A DNA stretch of 64,000 bases, taken from positions 608,001 to 672,000 of the forward strand of contig CAVZVA010000009.1 in the NCBI GenBank assembly GCA_963778655.1, written 5' to 3'. Source of the stretch: an uncultured delta proteobacterium (GTDB lineage Bacteria > Myxococcota_A > Polyangia > Polyangiales > JAFGIB01). Positions 9,468-19,860 of this stretch are shown here, piece after piece (position 1 is the stretch's first letter; every line of letters starts with the position of its first letter). The notes beneath the pieces are model-generated. The model had not been told where the DNA came from. It did no database searches and was given only the letters and a program-made list of their open reading frames with translations. The translations under genes and the position numbers were made by a program.

Positions 9468-11393
9468 TCAGAAGAACGGCCCGCCGCAGAACGCGTTCGA
9501 CACGCAGTTGAGTCCCGGCGGACAGTCGCTCGCTTGTGAGCATGCGACCACGCACGAGGCCTGGGCGGTGCAAGCGGTGCTCTGATTGTTCTGGTACAGG
9601 GTGTAGCCGGGCACGGTGCGGCACATTCCGTTGCTGCATTGCGGCAAGCAGATCGGGCTGGTCTGCCCGGTGATCGCGCCGATCTGCAGCGAGATCGCGC
9701 ACATCTCATTGGTGGCGCAATCGGTATCGCTAGAGCACTTCTTTCGGTACGACGTGCCCGAGCTGCCGGCCGACAGGCCGGTGAAAGTGCAATTGGTCTG
9801 ATCGCACTCCCAGTTGTTCAAGAACGGTGCCGTGGGGTCGCACTGCTCGCCGGCCTGCGTATCGGTGACGCCGTTGCCGCACGAGTCGACGCAGCTCGTG
9901 CCCGAGCACATCTTCAGCGTGCCGCAGGAACCTGTCTTCACCTGCTGCTCGCAAGCGTTGGTGCTGGTGTTGCAATGCCCGACCGTGCACAGACCGTTGA
10001 AGCGCGTACACTGCGCATCAGAAACGCATTCGCGGCACTGCTGGTTGGCCGTGCAGACGCCAGAGCTGCAGTTGCCCGGCTGGCCCGGGGTAACGTTTGC
10101 GTACTGGCATTGGCCGCCGGAACAGCTCTTGATCTGACAGGTCCGATCCGCGCACTCGGACGCGTTGCTGCATTGCACGCACACGCCGGTATCGCAGTGG
10201 CCGAGCGAGCAGCTCACCGTGTTGCCAGCGCTTTGCGGCTGGCAGACGTTGGTCGTGGCGTCGCAATACTTGAGCTTGCACTCGCCCGGATCCGGACAGT
10301 CCTGATCGTAGAGGCAGCTCGCACAGTTGCCGGCGCCGTCGCAGAAGCCGCCGCTGCAGGGCGTCTGGACCTTGACAAAATCCGGTATGCAGCCTCCGCT
10401 CCCGAGGTCGCAGTGTCGCGTCTTGCAGGTGCCGGGATCGGGGCAGTCGCTGTCGCTCGCGCACTGCACGCATTGGCCGTTGCCGACGCACTCCGGCATC
10501 GCGCTCGGACACGCGGAGCGATCGTAGTCCTGCCCGGTGGAGTTGCAAGTCACGGTGGTATGCATGTCGCAGGTCTTGGTGCCGGGAACGCAGACGTCGC
10601 ACACGCCCGCGGCCGCGTCGCACAGCCCTGGGTTGCAGCTCTGCACGTCGTCCCAACCGTCCTGGCTCGCGTTGCACTTGCGCAAGAGATCGCCCTGGCA
10701 GGAGAACTGGCCCAGCGAGCAGGTCGAGCTGGTGCAATCTCCGGCGCCCGCGTTGCACAAGGCGGCGGTCGGACAGGTCTTTACGCTGGCGAAGCTCTGG
10801 CCGTCGTCGTCGCAGAGCTCGAGGCTCGTGTCGGTGCACCGATACTCGCCGGGCAGGCAGCCCGCGCACACGCCGTTCGCGAGCCCCAGCTGGCAATGTC
10901 GCACGCTGGCGCAAGCTTGCATCGACTCCGCGACGCCCTGCGCGTTGCAGTGGAACATCACGCCTTGAGCGTCGCACGCGTCCTGGTTCGCATTGCCCTT
11001 GCAGAACTCCGCGACGGCCAGACACGAGCCGGTGCTGTCGGGTTTTGTGCTGCACACCTCGTCGGTCTGGCAGGCATCGGTCGGAGCCCATGTGCCGCCC
11101 GCACAGCGCTCGCGCTGCCCACTGGAGCCGCTGCAGCGCAGCGCTCCCGGGGTTGCGCAGGCTTCCGCGGTTGACCCGTCTCCCGGGTTGAGGGCACCGC
11201 CGGCGTCGCCGGCACCTGCGCCTGCGCCGCTGCCGACTTGCCCCAAGCCCGCCTCCGGACCCGCGTTACCCCCCGCGAGCACGCCCGAATCGTCGGTCCC
11301 GGGATTTCCGGACTTTGCAAGCGGCGGCTTGAGCGGCGTGCAGGCCGCCGCCAGCACGAGCCCCGCAATCCATCCGCAGAAGTGCTTTGGCAC
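9468..11393 (-). CDS. Cys-rich exported lipoprotein
   Basis: LAAAC lipobox, Gly/Ala linker, dense Cys repeats including CGNGVTD..AGEQCD. Start uncertain. Confidence 0.8.
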   Translation of the reverse strand: MPKHFCGWIAGLVLAAACTPLKPPLAKSGNPGTDDSGVLAGGNAGPEAGLGQVGSGAGAGAGDAGGALNPGDGSTAEACATPGALRCSGSSGQRERCAGGTWAPTDACQTDEVCSTKPDSTGSCLAVAEFCKGNANQDACDAQGVMFHCNAQGVAESMQACASVRHCQLGLANGVCAGCLPGEYRCTDTSLELCDDDGQSFASVKTCPTAALCNAGAGDCTSSTCSLGQFSCQGDLLRKCNASQDGWDDVQSCNPGLCDAAAGVCDVCVPGTKTCDMHTTVTCNSTGQDYDRSACPSAMPECVGNGQCVQCASDSDCPDPGTCKTRHCDLGSGGCIPDFVKVQTPCSGGFCDGAGNCASCLYDQDCPDPGECKLKYCDATTNVCQPQSAGNTVSCSLGHCDTGVCVQCSNASECADRTCQIKSCSGGQCQYANVTPGQPGNCSSGVCTANQQCRECVSDAQCTRFNGLCTVGHCNTSTNACEQQVKTGSCGTLKMCSGTSCVDSCGNGVTDTQAGEQCDPTAPFLNNWECDQTNCTFTGLSAGSSGTSYRKKCSSDTDCATNEMCAISLQIGAITGQTSPICLPQCSNGMCRTVPGYTLYQNNQSTACTAQASCVVACSQASDCPPGLNCVSNAFCGGPFF

Positions 11394-11699
11394 GCAGACC
11401 TCCCGAGCTGGTTGCCGTGGCTCCACTCTCTGGATCGTGCGAAAGCGGCTGCAGGTCGTGCGCCGAGGCCGCTGCGAATCCACGCAACCGGGCGATTTCA
11501 TAGCGCGAGAACCGGGTGCGGCCACAGAAAATTGCGCGGCGCCACCGAATCGGCATCGACCTCGGGTCGAAGGGAGCGGTGGCGGTAGCGTTCGTCGTGG
11601 TGCCGCCGCGCACAGCTGATCGTGCTGGGTGGGCTCGGTGTGCGCGGCGGTGCCGGATCAAGGCTGACCGGCCGGTGCGCTTGGGTAACCGTTGCGGGC

Positions 11700-12206
11700 T
11701 CACGGCTCGTACGCGACTTCGGCGATCACGAAGGTCGCGTCGCCCTTTGGCCGCGGCACTTCGACTTCGTCGCCGGCGCGTCTGCGCAGCAGCGCGCGCC
11801 CGAGCGGCGAGTCGATGCTGATTCGCCTTTGCGCCGGATCGGTCTCGTCCGCGCCGACGATCTGGTAGCGGACCAGATTGCCGTCTTCATCTTCGAGCGT
11901 CACCCAGGCGCCAAAGTACACGCGCCCGTCACGCGTCGGCGGCTCGTCGACGATCTCGAGCACATGGAGCCGTTTGCCGAGGTAGGCGAGCCGCCGATCG
12001 ATCTCGGCGAGCTTGCGCTTGCCGTAAATATACTCCGCGTTCTCCGAGCGGTCGCCTTCAGCCGCAGCCACTGCAACCGACTTGACCAGCTTCGGCCGCT
12101 CGACATTCCACAGCCGTTCGGCTTCTTGTTCCAGGCGGCGATAGCCCGCACGGCTGATCGGTCCCGGTCGCCCTGACTCGTCGGGTCGCGTGCGCATGCG
12201 GGACAT
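11700..12206 (-). CDS. greB: Transcription elongation factor GreB
   Basis: AAAEGDRSENAEYIYGKRKLAEIDRR, VYFGAWV, ISIDSPLGRALL. Confidence 0.95.
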   Translation of the reverse strand: MSRMRTRPDESGRPGPISRAGYRRLEQEAERLWNVERPKLVKSVAVAAAEGDRSENAEYIYGKRKLAEIDRRLAYLGKRLHVLEIVDEPPTRDGRVYFGAWVTLEDEDGNLVRYQIVGADETDPAQRRISIDSPLGRALLRRRAGDEVEVPRPKGDATFVIAEVAYEP

Positions 12207-12517
12207 GGTGGCCGCAGTCTACTACGGGCAGAAGCGCCGGCAATCCGAAGAGAGCATCCGGCGCCGCTGGCGAAGGCGACGCGGTCACGCGTTCAGCCTT
12301 CGTGGCCACGATCGAGCCGTTGGGAAAGTGGGCGTGCAACCGTGGCTGCGGCACCGGAGCTTCAACGCTCGGGCGTCGCGAGCAGGTGGCGCGCGAGCCA
12401 TGGCGGAAGTGCTTGCTCGCGGATCTGGCGACCCCAGTCCCGGCGGAAACGAGCGGCAGCTAGCGAGGTCACCCCGCCGCGCTGAGAGATCCGAGGTGGG
12501 CGGCAGGGCAGGGACGG

Positions 12518-14221
12518 TCAGTCGCCCGCGCGAAGACCGACGAGAAGTGCGCCGACGTCTTGAGCGCGGGCGTGAGCGCCAAGAAAGGATCGCACCGTTG
12601 CCTTGAGCTCGGCACTCGTTCGCTTCGGATGGGCCACGATCAGAGGAATGCGTGAATCCTCCTTCGACGGGCTCCCGTGCCATGAATGGTAGAGCGAGGC
12701 AAAGTAGTAGCGATCCTGGACTTGCGATCGATCGCCGTTATGGGCAAGCAGCAGGACATCGCCCGCACGTTCGCCGTGCGGGCCCACGGCGAGATCGCGC
12801 AAGCGTGACGCGAATGCAACGTAGGTCGGGTGTGGATGAGCTCGAAGATACGCGTCGAGCGCCTCGGTCTTGCCGTTGCCGACGTACACTTCGAATGGCA
12901 AATCGTCTTCGGAGACGGGCACGGCCTTTCGGGTCAGAACGAGGTCCAGAGCCCCCTTCATGCCGGGAGCAAGGCTGCCGTCCAGATTGTTGCGATAGAA
13001 TGCATCGGCGGCCGGAACGACGTCTTCCTCGTAACGGGGCGGTCGAGTCCAGTCGCAAGCCGTCGAAGCGTCGGCACACGAGGAGCGGTCGGCCAAGTAC
13101 ACATACGCAATCGCGCCTTGGTAGGCCAATACGCTTTGAAACGCTTCCGAGCTCGGCAGGTCGCCTTCGAACGGCCGAACGCGGTAGCCGGCCTTTCTGA
13201 GCACCGCGGGAGGATCGTTGTCGTCCTTGGTCGAGAGAGCATGCGCATCGTCTTTGACCACTTCCGTATGCCCGTGGTCGCTCACGACGACGACATATCG
13301 GCCCTCGAGGGCGTTCCTTTCGAGCAAGCGCTTGCGCAGCGAGCCGATCGCTGGATCGACGATCTCTCTCATGTAGCTCCTGCGGGCGACGTCGGGCCCT
13401 TCCGCGGAGACGTGCGCCCAGGCATCGGTACCGAAGAGATAGATCGTCAGCACATCGGGAAGGGGGCCATCCTCGAGTTGATCGACGACGACCTCGACAT
13501 CCTCTGTGTCGAGGTTCGCCCAGATGTCTCGGGGAAGATTCGTTTGCGTGTACCCCTCCAAGAATGCATCCCAGGCCGCCTCGATGACACTGCGCCTGGT
13601 CAGAAGCAGCCGGTCCGCACCGCGATAGAACTGGCTCATCGAAACCCAGATCTTGATGTTGGGTTCTCGTTGGCGCATGGTCTGGTAGATGGTCGGCGCG
13701 TCCAACAACCTGTTGGCATAGCCTTCCGTGAACACGGAGAGGGCTTTGGCCGGTGCGTCAACGCTGACGGGGATTGGTGCCGCGAACTCGTTTCGCTCTC
13801 TGATAAAGAACTCGTTGCCGGCAAAACCATGCTGTGCGGGCGGGACGCCCGTGAACATGGTGGCCCAAGCCGTTCCTGTCGTGGAGGGCACGGTGGTCAA
13901 GACGTCGGGAGCGAAGTACGCATGCGGAAAACCGCCCGATGTGCTCTTGCCAAGCAACGCCGCCAGCTCGGGCAGCTCCCCGGTGGTCAGCATGGAGTAG
14001 AGCAGATCCCGGCCCATCCCATCGATGGCAAGCACGAGAAGGCCGTGCTGCGAAGGCGCGTTCGGCGGTGCACCTGAAGCCCGCGTGCGCAGTGTCCGGT
14101 CTTCCCCCTGAAAGACGACTCTGATGAGCTGCGAGAATGCGGCGCACGCACTCAGGAACACCATGGCTGCAAGCACCAGGCATTTCAAGGTTCCCGATCT
14201 GTGTGCCAGCTGCGGCTTCAC
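12518..14221 (-). CDS. Alkaline phosphatase superfamily (nucleotide pyrophosphatase/phosphodiesterase-like) lipoprotein
   Basis: LVLAIDG, PSTT nucleophile region, DAWAH, VVSDHGH, SWHGS. Confidence 0.85.
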   Translation of the reverse strand: MKPQLAHRSGTLKCLVLAAMVFLSACAAFSQLIRVVFQGEDRTLRTRASGAPPNAPSQHGLLVLAIDGMGRDLLYSMLTTGELPELAALLGKSTSGGFPHAYFAPDVLTTVPSTTGTAWATMFTGVPPAQHGFAGNEFFIRERNEFAAPIPVSVDAPAKALSVFTEGYANRLLDAPTIYQTMRQREPNIKIWVSMSQFYRGADRLLLTRRSVIEAAWDAFLEGYTQTNLPRDIWANLDTEDVEVVVDQLEDGPLPDVLTIYLFGTDAWAHVSAEGPDVARRSYMREIVDPAIGSLRKRLLERNALEGRYVVVVSDHGHTEVVKDDAHALSTKDDNDPPAVLRKAGYRVRPFEGDLPSSEAFQSVLAYQGAIAYVYLADRSSCADASTACDWTRPPRYEEDVVPAADAFYRNNLDGSLAPGMKGALDLVLTRKAVPVSEDDLPFEVYVGNGKTEALDAYLRAHPHPTYVAFASRLRDLAVGPHGERAGDVLLLAHNGDRSQVQDRYYFASLYHSWHGSPSKEDSRIPLIVAHPKRTSAELKATVRSFLGAHARAQDVGALLVGLRAGD

Positions 14222-14574
14222 GCGATTGATCCGAAGTCATGCTTGTGGTCGTCGAGATTGGCAAGCGCAAAGGCTCGAAGAACGAGCGGTCGGAGGCGGG
14301 TACGGCTGCAAGACAATCACTGCAGCGCAAGCGTGAGGTTCCTGAAGCTTGCGCCGTCCGGCGGGCGCAGAAGGAACGCCGTGCCGTCCTTGACGAATGC
14401 TACGTCGGCGGCGATGGCGTCCTTCCGCTGCCAACGCGGCCGGGGTCGCACCGCGCCGACCGCGCCGTGTGACTCGCGGAGCCTGATGGCCGCGTTCCGC
14501 GTCGGCGGGTGCCGGGCCCCAGCGCCACCTCCGGAGAACACGCCGCCCAAGAAGCCCTTCTCGGAGTGGAGGAC

Positions 14575-14835
14575 GCAGAGCTCCTCTTTGCCGGGGTTGG
14601 AGAGGGAACGCTGGGCGCGCTGGTCGAGAACACTCATCTGAGCTGCATCGTCGGCTCCGGTGTGGCCGTGCCAACGGAGCTCGTTGGTCATCCGGTGGGC
14701 ATCGGCAAGTCGATGATGTCTCGTCAGTCGCTGATCGACAAGATCGGCGGTCTCGAGAGTGTGGCGTACATGCTCGCCGAGGATTACGTGATCGGCCGCA
14801 TGTCTCACGAGGTGGGCTTCGATGTCCGCGCATGA
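14575..14835 (+). pseudogene. Internal fragment of a ceramide-glucosyltransferase/HpnI-like GT2
   Basis: GKSMMSRQSLIDKIGGLESVAYMLAEDYVIG. Both ends missing. Confidence 0.6.
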
Positions 14836-14987
14836 CCTGGCTCGACTGCCACGTTGCCGTCTGCTTGGTCGCGGGGCGTCCAAAACTCGGACGGAGATCC
14901 GGGACGGCCCGCCGCGGATGGACGGACGATCCGCCGCCGCTGAGCGCAAGAGCGCCGTGATCTCACGCCCGCAGCGGCCTTGGACGG

Positions 14988-15165
14988 CGGCACCGTGCTT
15001 GCAGAGAGAGCTCGTGCGTGGGTCACGCCGCTCACGCGCTGCCGCTCGGGACGGCATTTTGCACACGACTTCGAGCGCCACCGGCCCGAAGACAGCGTGC
15101 TGTACGAGACGCTGGCCGAGCACTGGGAAAGCTTCCTCGGGCTGGCCCAGGAGCAAGCTGGGCTT
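14988..15165 (+). mobile_element. IS91-like transposase N-terminal remnant, preceded by a sigma-54-like site
   Basis: FERHRPEDSVLYETLAEHWESFL matches the start of myxobacterial IS91-type transposases. CGGCACC-GTGC-TTGCA at 14988. Confidence 0.55.
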
Positions 15166-15256
15166 GCCGGTCGCTGTCGGTTGCGGTTGCTTGCCGCCGT
15201 GCCCATGTTTCTGAGGCACGAAGCCAGCGCTCGACGCACAGCCGACGGAGAACCCA

Positions 15257-15787
15257 ATGAGCACCCACGCCGACAGTCATTGCGTAGCGGTTTTCGATCG
15301 TCACCAAGACGCGGAGTTCGGGATCCGCGAGTTACAGCGCGCGGGCTTCGACATGAAGAACCTATCGATCGTCGGGCGCGACTACCACACCGAGGAACAC
15401 GCGGTCGGTTTCTACAACGCCGGGGACCGCGTCAAGTACTGGGGAAAGCAGGGGGCGTTCTGGGGAAGCGTCTTCGGGATCTTGTTTGCGCCCGCGTTCT
15501 TCTGGATCCCAGGTATCGGCCCGATTCTGACCGGAGGCATCATCGGGTCGATCGTGATGGGCATGGTCGAAGGCGCTGCCGCCGGGGCGGTGGTCGGTGG
15601 AGGCGTCAGCGTGTTGGGGGCAGCGCTCGCGAGCCTGGGTATCCCCAAGGACAGCGTGATCCGGTACGAAGCCGCGTTGAAGGCCAACAAGTTCTTGCTG
15701 ATCGCGAGCGGACCTGCCGTGGAGGTGGAGCGTGCGCGCCGCATTCTTGCCGAGCGTGCCGGCCTGGTGAACGTTCACGCCGCATGA
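15257..15787 (+). CDS. General stress protein (YflT/DUF1269-like)
   Basis: GFDMKNLSIVGRDYHTEEHAVGFY, WGKQGAFWG, LGIPKDSVIRYE. Confidence 0.85.
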   Translation: MSTHADSHCVAVFDRHQDAEFGIRELQRAGFDMKNLSIVGRDYHTEEHAVGFYNAGDRVKYWGKQGAFWGSVFGILFAPAFFWIPGIGPILTGGIIGSIVMGMVEGAAAGAVVGGGVSVLGAALASLGIPKDSVIRYEAALKANKFLLIASGPAVEVERARRILAERAGLVNVHAA

Positions 15788-16160
15788 AGCCGCACGAACG
15801 TGGCGCCGCGCGGCTGCGGAAGGTCCAATCTCGAAGATTGCGCACGTTCATCGCGTTGGTGTCGATGCACTCGCGCTGCAAGCGTCGGTGTGCTGGGTTA
15901 CACGTTGCGTGTGGGGCTGTGCAGCGACGGCGCCTGGAGCGAGTGGCGCGTCCTCGGTTCTGTCGATCGCACGTAATTGCTCCGCCAGCGGCAGTGAAGG
16001 CCGGGGCGTCGCTCTCTGCGCGTCCTCGCACGCGACCTCTTCACGCGACGTCGTCGAAGAGGCGCCAAGCGCGAGCGCGATTCGGAAGCGGGTCTGGACG
16101 AGCTCGGTCAGGATCGGTCCAAAGCCCGAGTTTGGCCCAACGACTCAACACGGAAGCGTG

Positions 16161-16176
16161 CGGCACGGCGGATGCA
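16161..16176 (+). promoter_or_regulatory. sigma-54 promoter
   Basis: CGGCACG-GCGG-ATGCA, 50 nt upstream of ATG 16227. Confidence 0.6.
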
Positions 16177-16226
16177 TGCAATTTCGATCCGGTCCGGAAG
16201 GCAATCCGCTGAAAGGGCAAAGATCC

Positions 16227-17147
16227 ATGTTGAGGGCAAACGCGTTTGCTACGCTGCTGTTCTTTCTGATTCTCGCGGCCGGAGCGGTGGCAGCATACGC
16301 GCTCAACGGTCCCGTCGTTGGCCCGAGCGTTGTGGTTTTCGCCGTGGCGCTTGCGTGCGCGTCGATCGTGGCGCTCTCGGTGAAGATTGCGGCACCCTGG
16401 GATAGGGCCCTGGTCTTGCGGTTGGGCCGATTTCACGCGCTCCGCGGGCCTGGCTTGTTCTTGATCGTTCCGGTGATTGACACGATCCCCTACTGGATCG
16501 ACACCCGTGTGATTACGTCGTCGTTCAAGGCGGAGAAGACGCTCACGAAGGACACGGTCCCGGTCGACGTGGACGCCGTGCTGTTCTGGAAGGTCATCGA
16601 TCCCCAGAAGGCGGCGCTGGCCGTGGCCGACTACACGAGCGCGATCAGCTGGGCGTCCCAGACGGCGCTTCGCGATGTCATCGGCAAGACGGTTCTTTCG
16701 GACATGCTCGAAGGCAGAAACAAGATCAGCGGCGAATTGCAGCAGGTAATCGACGAGCGGACCGAACCCTGGGGCGTCAACGTCATCAACGTGGAAGTCA
16801 GGGATGTGCTGATCCCCTCGGCTCTCGAGGACGCGATGTCGATGCAGGCACAGGCCGAGCGCGAGCGACAGGCGCGCGTAATCCTGGGCGACTCGGAGCG
16901 TCAGGTCGCAGAGAAATTCGGCGAGGCGGCGAAGTCTTATCGCAACGATCCGATCGCCCTGCACCTCCGCGCAATGAACATGCTCTACGAGGGACTCAAG
17001 CAGAACGCGACGATAGTCCTCGTGCCAAGCTCGGCCCTGGACACGATGCAACTCGGCAATCTAGCCGGGGTCACGGCGCTATCGATGGGCCTCGGGCAGA
17101 ACGCCCCGAGCAAGGAGACTGAGCCCGTCATTCAGCGTCATGCGTGA
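16227..17147 (+). CDS. SPFH/band-7 (slipin) protein
   Basis: Two TM segments, LTKDTVPVDVDAV, QTALRDVIG, QAQAERERQARVI. Confidence 0.92.
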   Translation: MLRANAFATLLFFLILAAGAVAAYALNGPVVGPSVVVFAVALACASIVALSVKIAAPWDRALVLRLGRFHALRGPGLFLIVPVIDTIPYWIDTRVITSSFKAEKTLTKDTVPVDVDAVLFWKVIDPQKAALAVADYTSAISWASQTALRDVIGKTVLSDMLEGRNKISGELQQVIDERTEPWGVNVINVEVRDVLIPSALEDAMSMQAQAERERQARVILGDSERQVAEKFGEAAKSYRNDPIALHLRAMNMLYEGLKQNATIVLVPSSALDTMQLGNLAGVTALSMGLGQNAPSKETEPVIQRHA

Positions 17148-17222
17148 CCGTTTCGATTTCGGCCGTGAGCCGGGCCTCGCTCGAGTCGCGGGCAAGCGCC
17201 GCGCCCCTGGCGCAAGCACGCC

Positions 17223-17348
17223 TCAATGGGCCGTGCGTCGCCCATTTATGCCCCACCCCCCGGGCCGCCCGTCCGCTATGACGTGGCTCGCTGAACGCTT
17301 ACAGCACCCCAGCAGCACCCACGTCCCCCACAGCCACCAAGCTCGCAT
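17223..17348 (-). pseudogene. 5' remnant paralogous to the M23 lipoprotein gene at 29960
   Basis: MRAWWLWGTWVLLGC versus MRAWGLWGAWVLLSC. DNA similarity covers about 45 bp including the upstream GCTGA. Confidence 0.6.
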
Positions 17349-17373
17349 TCAGCGTTTCAATATGTTCGGTGCT

Positions 17374-18685
17374 CTAGGAGGCGGCCTTCGAGGCGCGCCC
17401 GAGACGCCTCAGGATCTCGTGGTGGCCGTTGCGGGTCAGCCGATAGCGCGAGTATGCGAGCGTCGCGAGGACGCCCACCGCGAGAACGAAGACCGCGGCG
17501 AACACGCCGAGGTTGCGCACCGCAATCGGGTCAACCTCGCCCGGACGCGCGTTCTCGGGGAAGTCGGCGAAGTGAATCACGATCCCCGCCATCAGCGGCG
17601 CCAGCCCGGAGGCGGCCTTCGAGATCAGCGTCATGGCTGCGAAGAGGAGCCCCTCCTGCCGCGCGCCGGTGCGTAGCTCGTGCTCGTCGGTGATGTCGGC
17701 GATCATCGCGCCGACCATGACGAAGCCGACGATGATCGCCGAGTAGCCGACGAACACCGCCACGCACAACAGCTCCAGAAGCGCCCTGTCGCCGGGGGGC
17801 GGCAACACGCCCAGGATCTTCAGGCCGACCATCGCCGGGGTGACGCTCCCGCTAATCAGAGCTGCGATCGCCGCGACCCTACCCTTGCCAAAGCGGCTGG
17901 CGAGCCGGGGTGCCACGACCAGCACGACCAGAGACGCCACCGCGATGATCAGGATAAAGATCGCGAGCTCCTGCGCTTTGAAGCCCCAGAAGAACAGGTT
18001 CATGTAGTTTCCGAGGTTCCGCGAGGGCAGCCTTCCGGGTGCCGACGCTCGAGAGCGCGGTGGTCAGCACCATCACGAGGGCGCCCCAGAGCGCGAACGC
18101 CGGAAAGCCGGCCGGGTCGTACGGATACGCCGACGTCGCCTTGAGAAACACCGTGTATGCGAGCAACGCATTCAGAAGGCCAAAGAGCCAAGCGAACACC
18201 GTGCGTCCGCTCTGAAGACGCGTGCGCTGCTCGTAGTCCTCGGTCAGCTCGGCCACCAGCGCCTGATGCGGGATCGCAAACAGCGTCATCGCGAAGCGCG
18301 TGCCACACGCGAACGACAAAAGCCACGCGAACAGCACCGCCACGGATGCCCCGGCGGGCGGATTGAACACCGCGAAGAAACACAGGCCCAGCGGGATGCT
18401 CGCGGCGAACATGAAGGGATGGCGCCGCCCGTGGCGCGAGCTGAATCCGTCGGACCACAGGCCCACGAGTGGATCGGTGATCGCGTCGAAGCAGAGCGCG
18501 ATGAACAGCGCGATTCCGGTCAGCACCGCGCTCAGGTGGGCCACCTGCTGGTAGTAGAACAAGAGGAACAGGTTGAACGCGTTGTTCTTGACGCCCTCGG
18601 CCGACAGCCCGAGGCCGTACATGAAGCGAACGGATCCACTCAGGGTCCGCGCCTGGTCCCGCCCCGTCTCTGCAGCGTCCGCCAT
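17374..18685 (-). pseudogene. GPH/MFS sugar transporter with internal deletion and frameshift near 18020
   Basis: N-half DAITDPLVGLWSD...GRRHPF. C-half NLGNYMNLFFW...MIADITDEHELRTGARQEG in another frame. Central part is short. Confidence 0.8.
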
Positions 18686-18851
18686 GGTTGCGCCAACTTC
18701 ACAGATGGCGCGGGCGGCGGCAAGGGAGGTCGAGCCGGAAAGGCTCACTCCTGGGATGCCTCGCGGTCGGAGCAGCACGGCTTTGGACCGCCCCGCTCAA
18801 CGCTCGAGCAAGCCCTCTTGTTCGGCCAGGGCTTTGAGCTGGCCCCGGACA

Positions 18852-18905
18852 AACGCGCTGGCAGATGATCCGAAGCAGCAGATGATCCGAAAAATGATCC
18901 GAAGG
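18852..18905 (+). repeat. GCAGATGATC element, tandem copies
   Basis: AACGCGCTGGCAGATGATCCGAA-GCAGCAGATGATCCGAA-AAATGATCCGAA. Confidence 0.7.
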
Positions 18906-18971
18906 TGATGCGCGCGTGCCTGCGCTCAAATGCGCGGTCCGTTCCGGCGCGGCGCAGTGGCTGGCGCACGG

Positions 18972-19499
18972 TCAGTAGCAGATCGCGTCCGGGACGGTCC
19001 ACGAAAAGTAGCTACGCGATTCATCGGGTTCGCACACCGTCGCGTTGCCGTCGGTAGGGTCATTCGAAAGGCACCAGCCTTGCATATTGTCGGCGCCGGC
19101 GTGCCAAATTCTGGAGCCATAGCCTCCGACACCGTGGCCAAAGAGCTCGATCTGATCGATCCAGAACCAGTCGCGGCCGCTGATTGACACACTGATCGAC
19201 GTGACCTCAGAGGCGGTTCTATACCACTCGATCTCGGGCCAGACGAAGTCGTTTTTGCCGGAGACCCGCGGGACGCTTCCCGACATGACCTTGGTACTGG
19301 CGTCGCAAAAGGTCACACGAACCGTGATCGTGTTGTTGGTACCGGTATTGTTGATCGTGCCGCCGTTGGGATAGTTGTCGAGCCGGACCCAAGAGATCGG
19401 CACTTCTGCTTTGGCCTCACCGGCTATGATGGTCGAGGCCGCGGTGCATGCGAGAGCGACCGCAAGGTTCAGTTTGAAGAACATTCCGTCCGTCTTCAT
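18972..19499 (-). CDS. Secreted hypothetical protein
   Basis: GAGGG RBS, signal peptide ending AKA, beta-rich Trp/Cys-containing mature part. Confidence 0.75.
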   Translation of the reverse strand: MKTDGMFFKLNLAVALACTAASTIIAGEAKAEVPISWVRLDNYPNGGTINNTGTNNTITVRVTFCDASTKVMSGSVPRVSGKNDFVWPEIEWYRTASEVTSISVSISGRDWFWIDQIELFGHGVGGYGSRIWHAGADNMQGWCLSNDPTDGNATVCEPDESRSYFSWTVPDAICY

Positions 19500-19860
19500 G
19501 TCGATACCCTCGTGATTGCGAGTGCGAGAGACGCCGTCGCAGGCTTGCAAGCCTGCCGCGGGTTGACAACTGTGGGTGCTCGACGCGCAGGGATTTTGAG
19601 ACAGAAAACAGATTCGCCCGCGGATGCAACGGCTCGGGGTTGCGTCGAAGAGCAGCGCGAACGGAGCGCACCACGGTGAAATGGCGGCACCTCGCGCCGC
19701 ATGACGCGTCGCCTTCAGGCGTTTGGTGAAGGCGGCGCCGTTATCTCAGATCAATCTCAATTCGTTAGGCGACCGCCTGACATCGATTGACGGGTGCCGT
19801 GGCGTGGCTCGTAGTCCGCGTTGCTGGATCCCCCCACCAAGGTAAGAGCGTCTGCATGAT

